Assembly: GCA_002269645.1 (NCBI GenBank)
Contig: NIVC01004836.1
Location: forward strand, 1-33,795
Reading direction: 5' to 3'
DNA length: 33,795 nucleotides
DNA from: Macrostomum lignano
Lineage: Eukaryota
Below are positions 31,660 to 33,795 of the stretch, piece by piece. How positions within the stretch are numbered: position 1 is the first letter of the stretch; each line of letters starts with the position of its first letter. Position numbers and translations under genes: made by a program. The notes under the pieces were generated by a model that had not been told where the DNA came from, made no database searches, and was given only the letters and a program-made list of their open reading frames with translations.

Positions 31660-32587
31660 ATGCTAAACGGCAAAGCCAGAATGCAGGCCGGTGGAATGGC
31701 CGATCCCTACCATCGCCAGCTTCAGTATCCTCGCCAGCCTCAGCAGCATCAGCAGCCTCAGCAGCCTCAGCAGTATCAGCAGCCTCAGCAGCATCATCAG
31801 CATCAGCAGCCTCAGCAGCCTCAGCAGTATCAGCAGCCTCAGCAGATCAGCAGTATCAGCAGCCTCAGCAGCATCACCAGCATCAGATGCAGCGTCAGTC
31901 CCAGCCTCACCAGCAGAGGCCGTTGCGCGAGTACGACGTGCTTCATCTGGCCAGCTTCACGGCGCGTCGGTCGCGGCAGACGCCTCAGCCCGAGGAGGGC
32001 CTCCACAAGCTGCAGCAGATGGAGTCCAGCACAGGCCTGTGGGAGATGCAGTGCTGGCTGCAGCTCACCCAATCCGCTCTGCACATTGTTGATCGGCGCA
32101 ACGGCGAACTGATGGAGCAGTTCGCTTTGGCTCGGATCCGACAGCCCGTGGCATTCGAAGGCGGCGGACCTCGCGGCTACGACAGTATCCTGCTGTTCAG
32201 CATCGAGGAGCCGACCGGGTCGTGGGAGATGCACATCTTCAACTGTCCGCTGGCCGCTAATTCGGCATCGCGCATTGCCAAGGAGATTCACCAGCTGCTG
32301 CAGGGCGAGCGCCTGCCAACGGCTGTGTGAGCAGCCAGTCAGCGCCCCGGAGGAGGTGGCCGCCAGCAGCGTCAGCAGCCGCCGCATCAGCAGAACCTGC
32401 AGCCTGGGAGAAATTTCGCTCCGATTGCAGAATCCCGTCTGGCACCGTTGGGAGAGGGCGGCGGGCAGCAGCAGCAGCAGCAGCAGGACTCGGAGCGGCT
32501 AGTGCACATTCTGAACCGCTGCTTCGACGAGATTGAAGCCTTCGTTGGACGAGTTGGGGAAGCAGGTCGAGCTCGCCAGATGCTTAG
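31660..32587 (+). CDS. EPS8: EPS8-family adaptor, 5' coding region (Gln-rich N-terminus, PTB domain, start of conserved helical region); gene continues past the window
   Basis: PTB: EYDVLHLASF...GLHKLQQMESSTGLWEMQCWLQL...LMEQF...YDSILLFSIEE...EMHIFNC. ERLVHILNRCFDEIEAFV matches EPS8 DVQILNHILDDIEFF. Donor AG|GTGCGT at 32587. Family member not resolvable. Confidence 0.88.
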
Positions 32588-32623
32588 GTGCGTCTTAAGT
32601 TGATGCAGCTTATTTGAACTCTT

Positions 32624-33780
32624 TGAACTCAGAGATCCGAATCTGACTCAGAGATCCCGAATCTGAAATCAGAGATCCCGAATCTGAAATCAGAGATCCC
32701 GAATCTGAAATCAGAGATCCGAATCTGAGCTCAGAGATCCCGAATCTGAACTCAGAGATCCCGAATCTGAGCTCAGAGATCCCGAATCTGAAATCAGAGA
32801 TCCCGAATCTGAACTCAGAGATCCGAATCTGAAATCAGAGATCCCGAATCTGAAATCAGCGATCCCGAATCTGAAATCAGAGATCCCGAATCTGAAATCA
32901 GAGATCCCGAATCTGAACTCAGAGATCCGAATCTGAAATCAGAGATACCGAATCTGGACTCAGAGATCCGAATCTGAAATCAGGGATTACCGAATCTGAA
33001 ATCAGCGATCCCGAATCTGAAATCAGCGATCCCGAATCTGAACTCAGAGATCCGAATCTGAGCTCAGAGATCCCGAATCTGAAATCAGAGATCCCGAATC
33101 TGAATCAGAGATCCCGAATCTGGACTCAGAGATCCCGAATCTGAACTCAGAGATCCCGAATCTGAACTCAGAGATCCCGAATCTGAACTCAGAGATCCGA
33201 ATCTGAACTCAGAGATCCGAATCTGAGCTCAGAGATCCCGAATCTGAAATCAGAGATCCCGAATCTGAGCTCAGAGATCCCGAATCTGAGCTCAGAGATC
33301 CGAATCTGAGCTCAGAGATCCCGAATCTGAAATCAGAGATCGCCGAATCTGAGCTCAGAGATCCCGAATCTGAGCTCAGAGATCCCGAATCTGGACTCAG
33401 AGATCCCGAATCTGAAATCAGAGATCCCGAATCTGAAATCAGAGATCCCGAATCTGAACTCAGAGATCCCGAATCTGAAATCAGAGATCCCGAATCTGAA
33501 ATCAGAGATACCGAATCTGAAATCAGAGATCCGAATCTGAAATCAGAGATCCCGAATCTGAAATCAGAGATCCGAATCTGAAATCAGAGATCCCAATCTG
33601 AGCTCAGAGATCCCGAATCTGAACTCAGAGATCCCAATCTGAGCTCAGAGATCCCGAATCTGAACTCAGAGATCCCGAATCTGAGCTCAGAGATCCCGAA
33701 TCTGAACTCAGAGGTCCCGAATCTAAACACAGAGATCCCGAATCTGAACTCAGAGGTCCCGAATCTAAACACAGAGATCC
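32624..33780. repeat. 20-21-bp quasi-palindromic minisatellite (TCAGAGATCCCGAATCTGAAA), ~55 copies, in the EPS8 intron
   Basis: Read directly. Confidence 0.97.
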
Positions 33781-33795
33781 TATTATATTATTATA

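Noticed and set aside
31839-32387. 182-aa minus-strand ORF and similar antisense ORFs over the RhoGEF and rhomboid
   Set aside because: Shadow ORFs of GC-rich, CAG-rich sense coding sequence.

Overview
This is animal (eukaryotic) genomic DNA, not prokaryotic. GC-rich codons, poly-Gln/poly-Ala tracts and minisatellite-filled introns resemble Macrostomum-type flatworm assemblies (inference, not verified). Recognisable genes: an intronless DH-PH RhoGEF of the Trio-C/Kalirin/ARHGEF25 type (9021-10499,+); a multi-exon CCDC169 homologue (22392-~23740,-); an MLH3-type MutL C-terminal endonuclease domain missing most of its regulatory subdomain (26374-26973,+); an intronless EF-hand rhomboid protease split over three frames (27463-29035,-); and the 5' part of an EPS8-family gene (31660-32587,+) with a frameshift and an in-frame TGA. 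An unidentified low-complexity gene has probable exons at 14.2-17.1 kb. The rest is tandem repeats (16, 21, 33, 34, 42, 56 and 80 bp units, several with higher-order structure), microsatellites, a doubly truncated LINE 3' end, a palindromic MITE with an 8-bp target-site duplication and other TIR-like ends. Most ORFs in the supplied track are repeat or low-complexity artefacts. The most notable pattern is that all four conserved genes in the 22-33 kb block carry lesions while the RhoGEF is intact. This could be assembly error, decay of a duplicated block or, least likely, recoding/editing. No CRISPR array, rRNA, tRNA or convincing ribozyme was seen.
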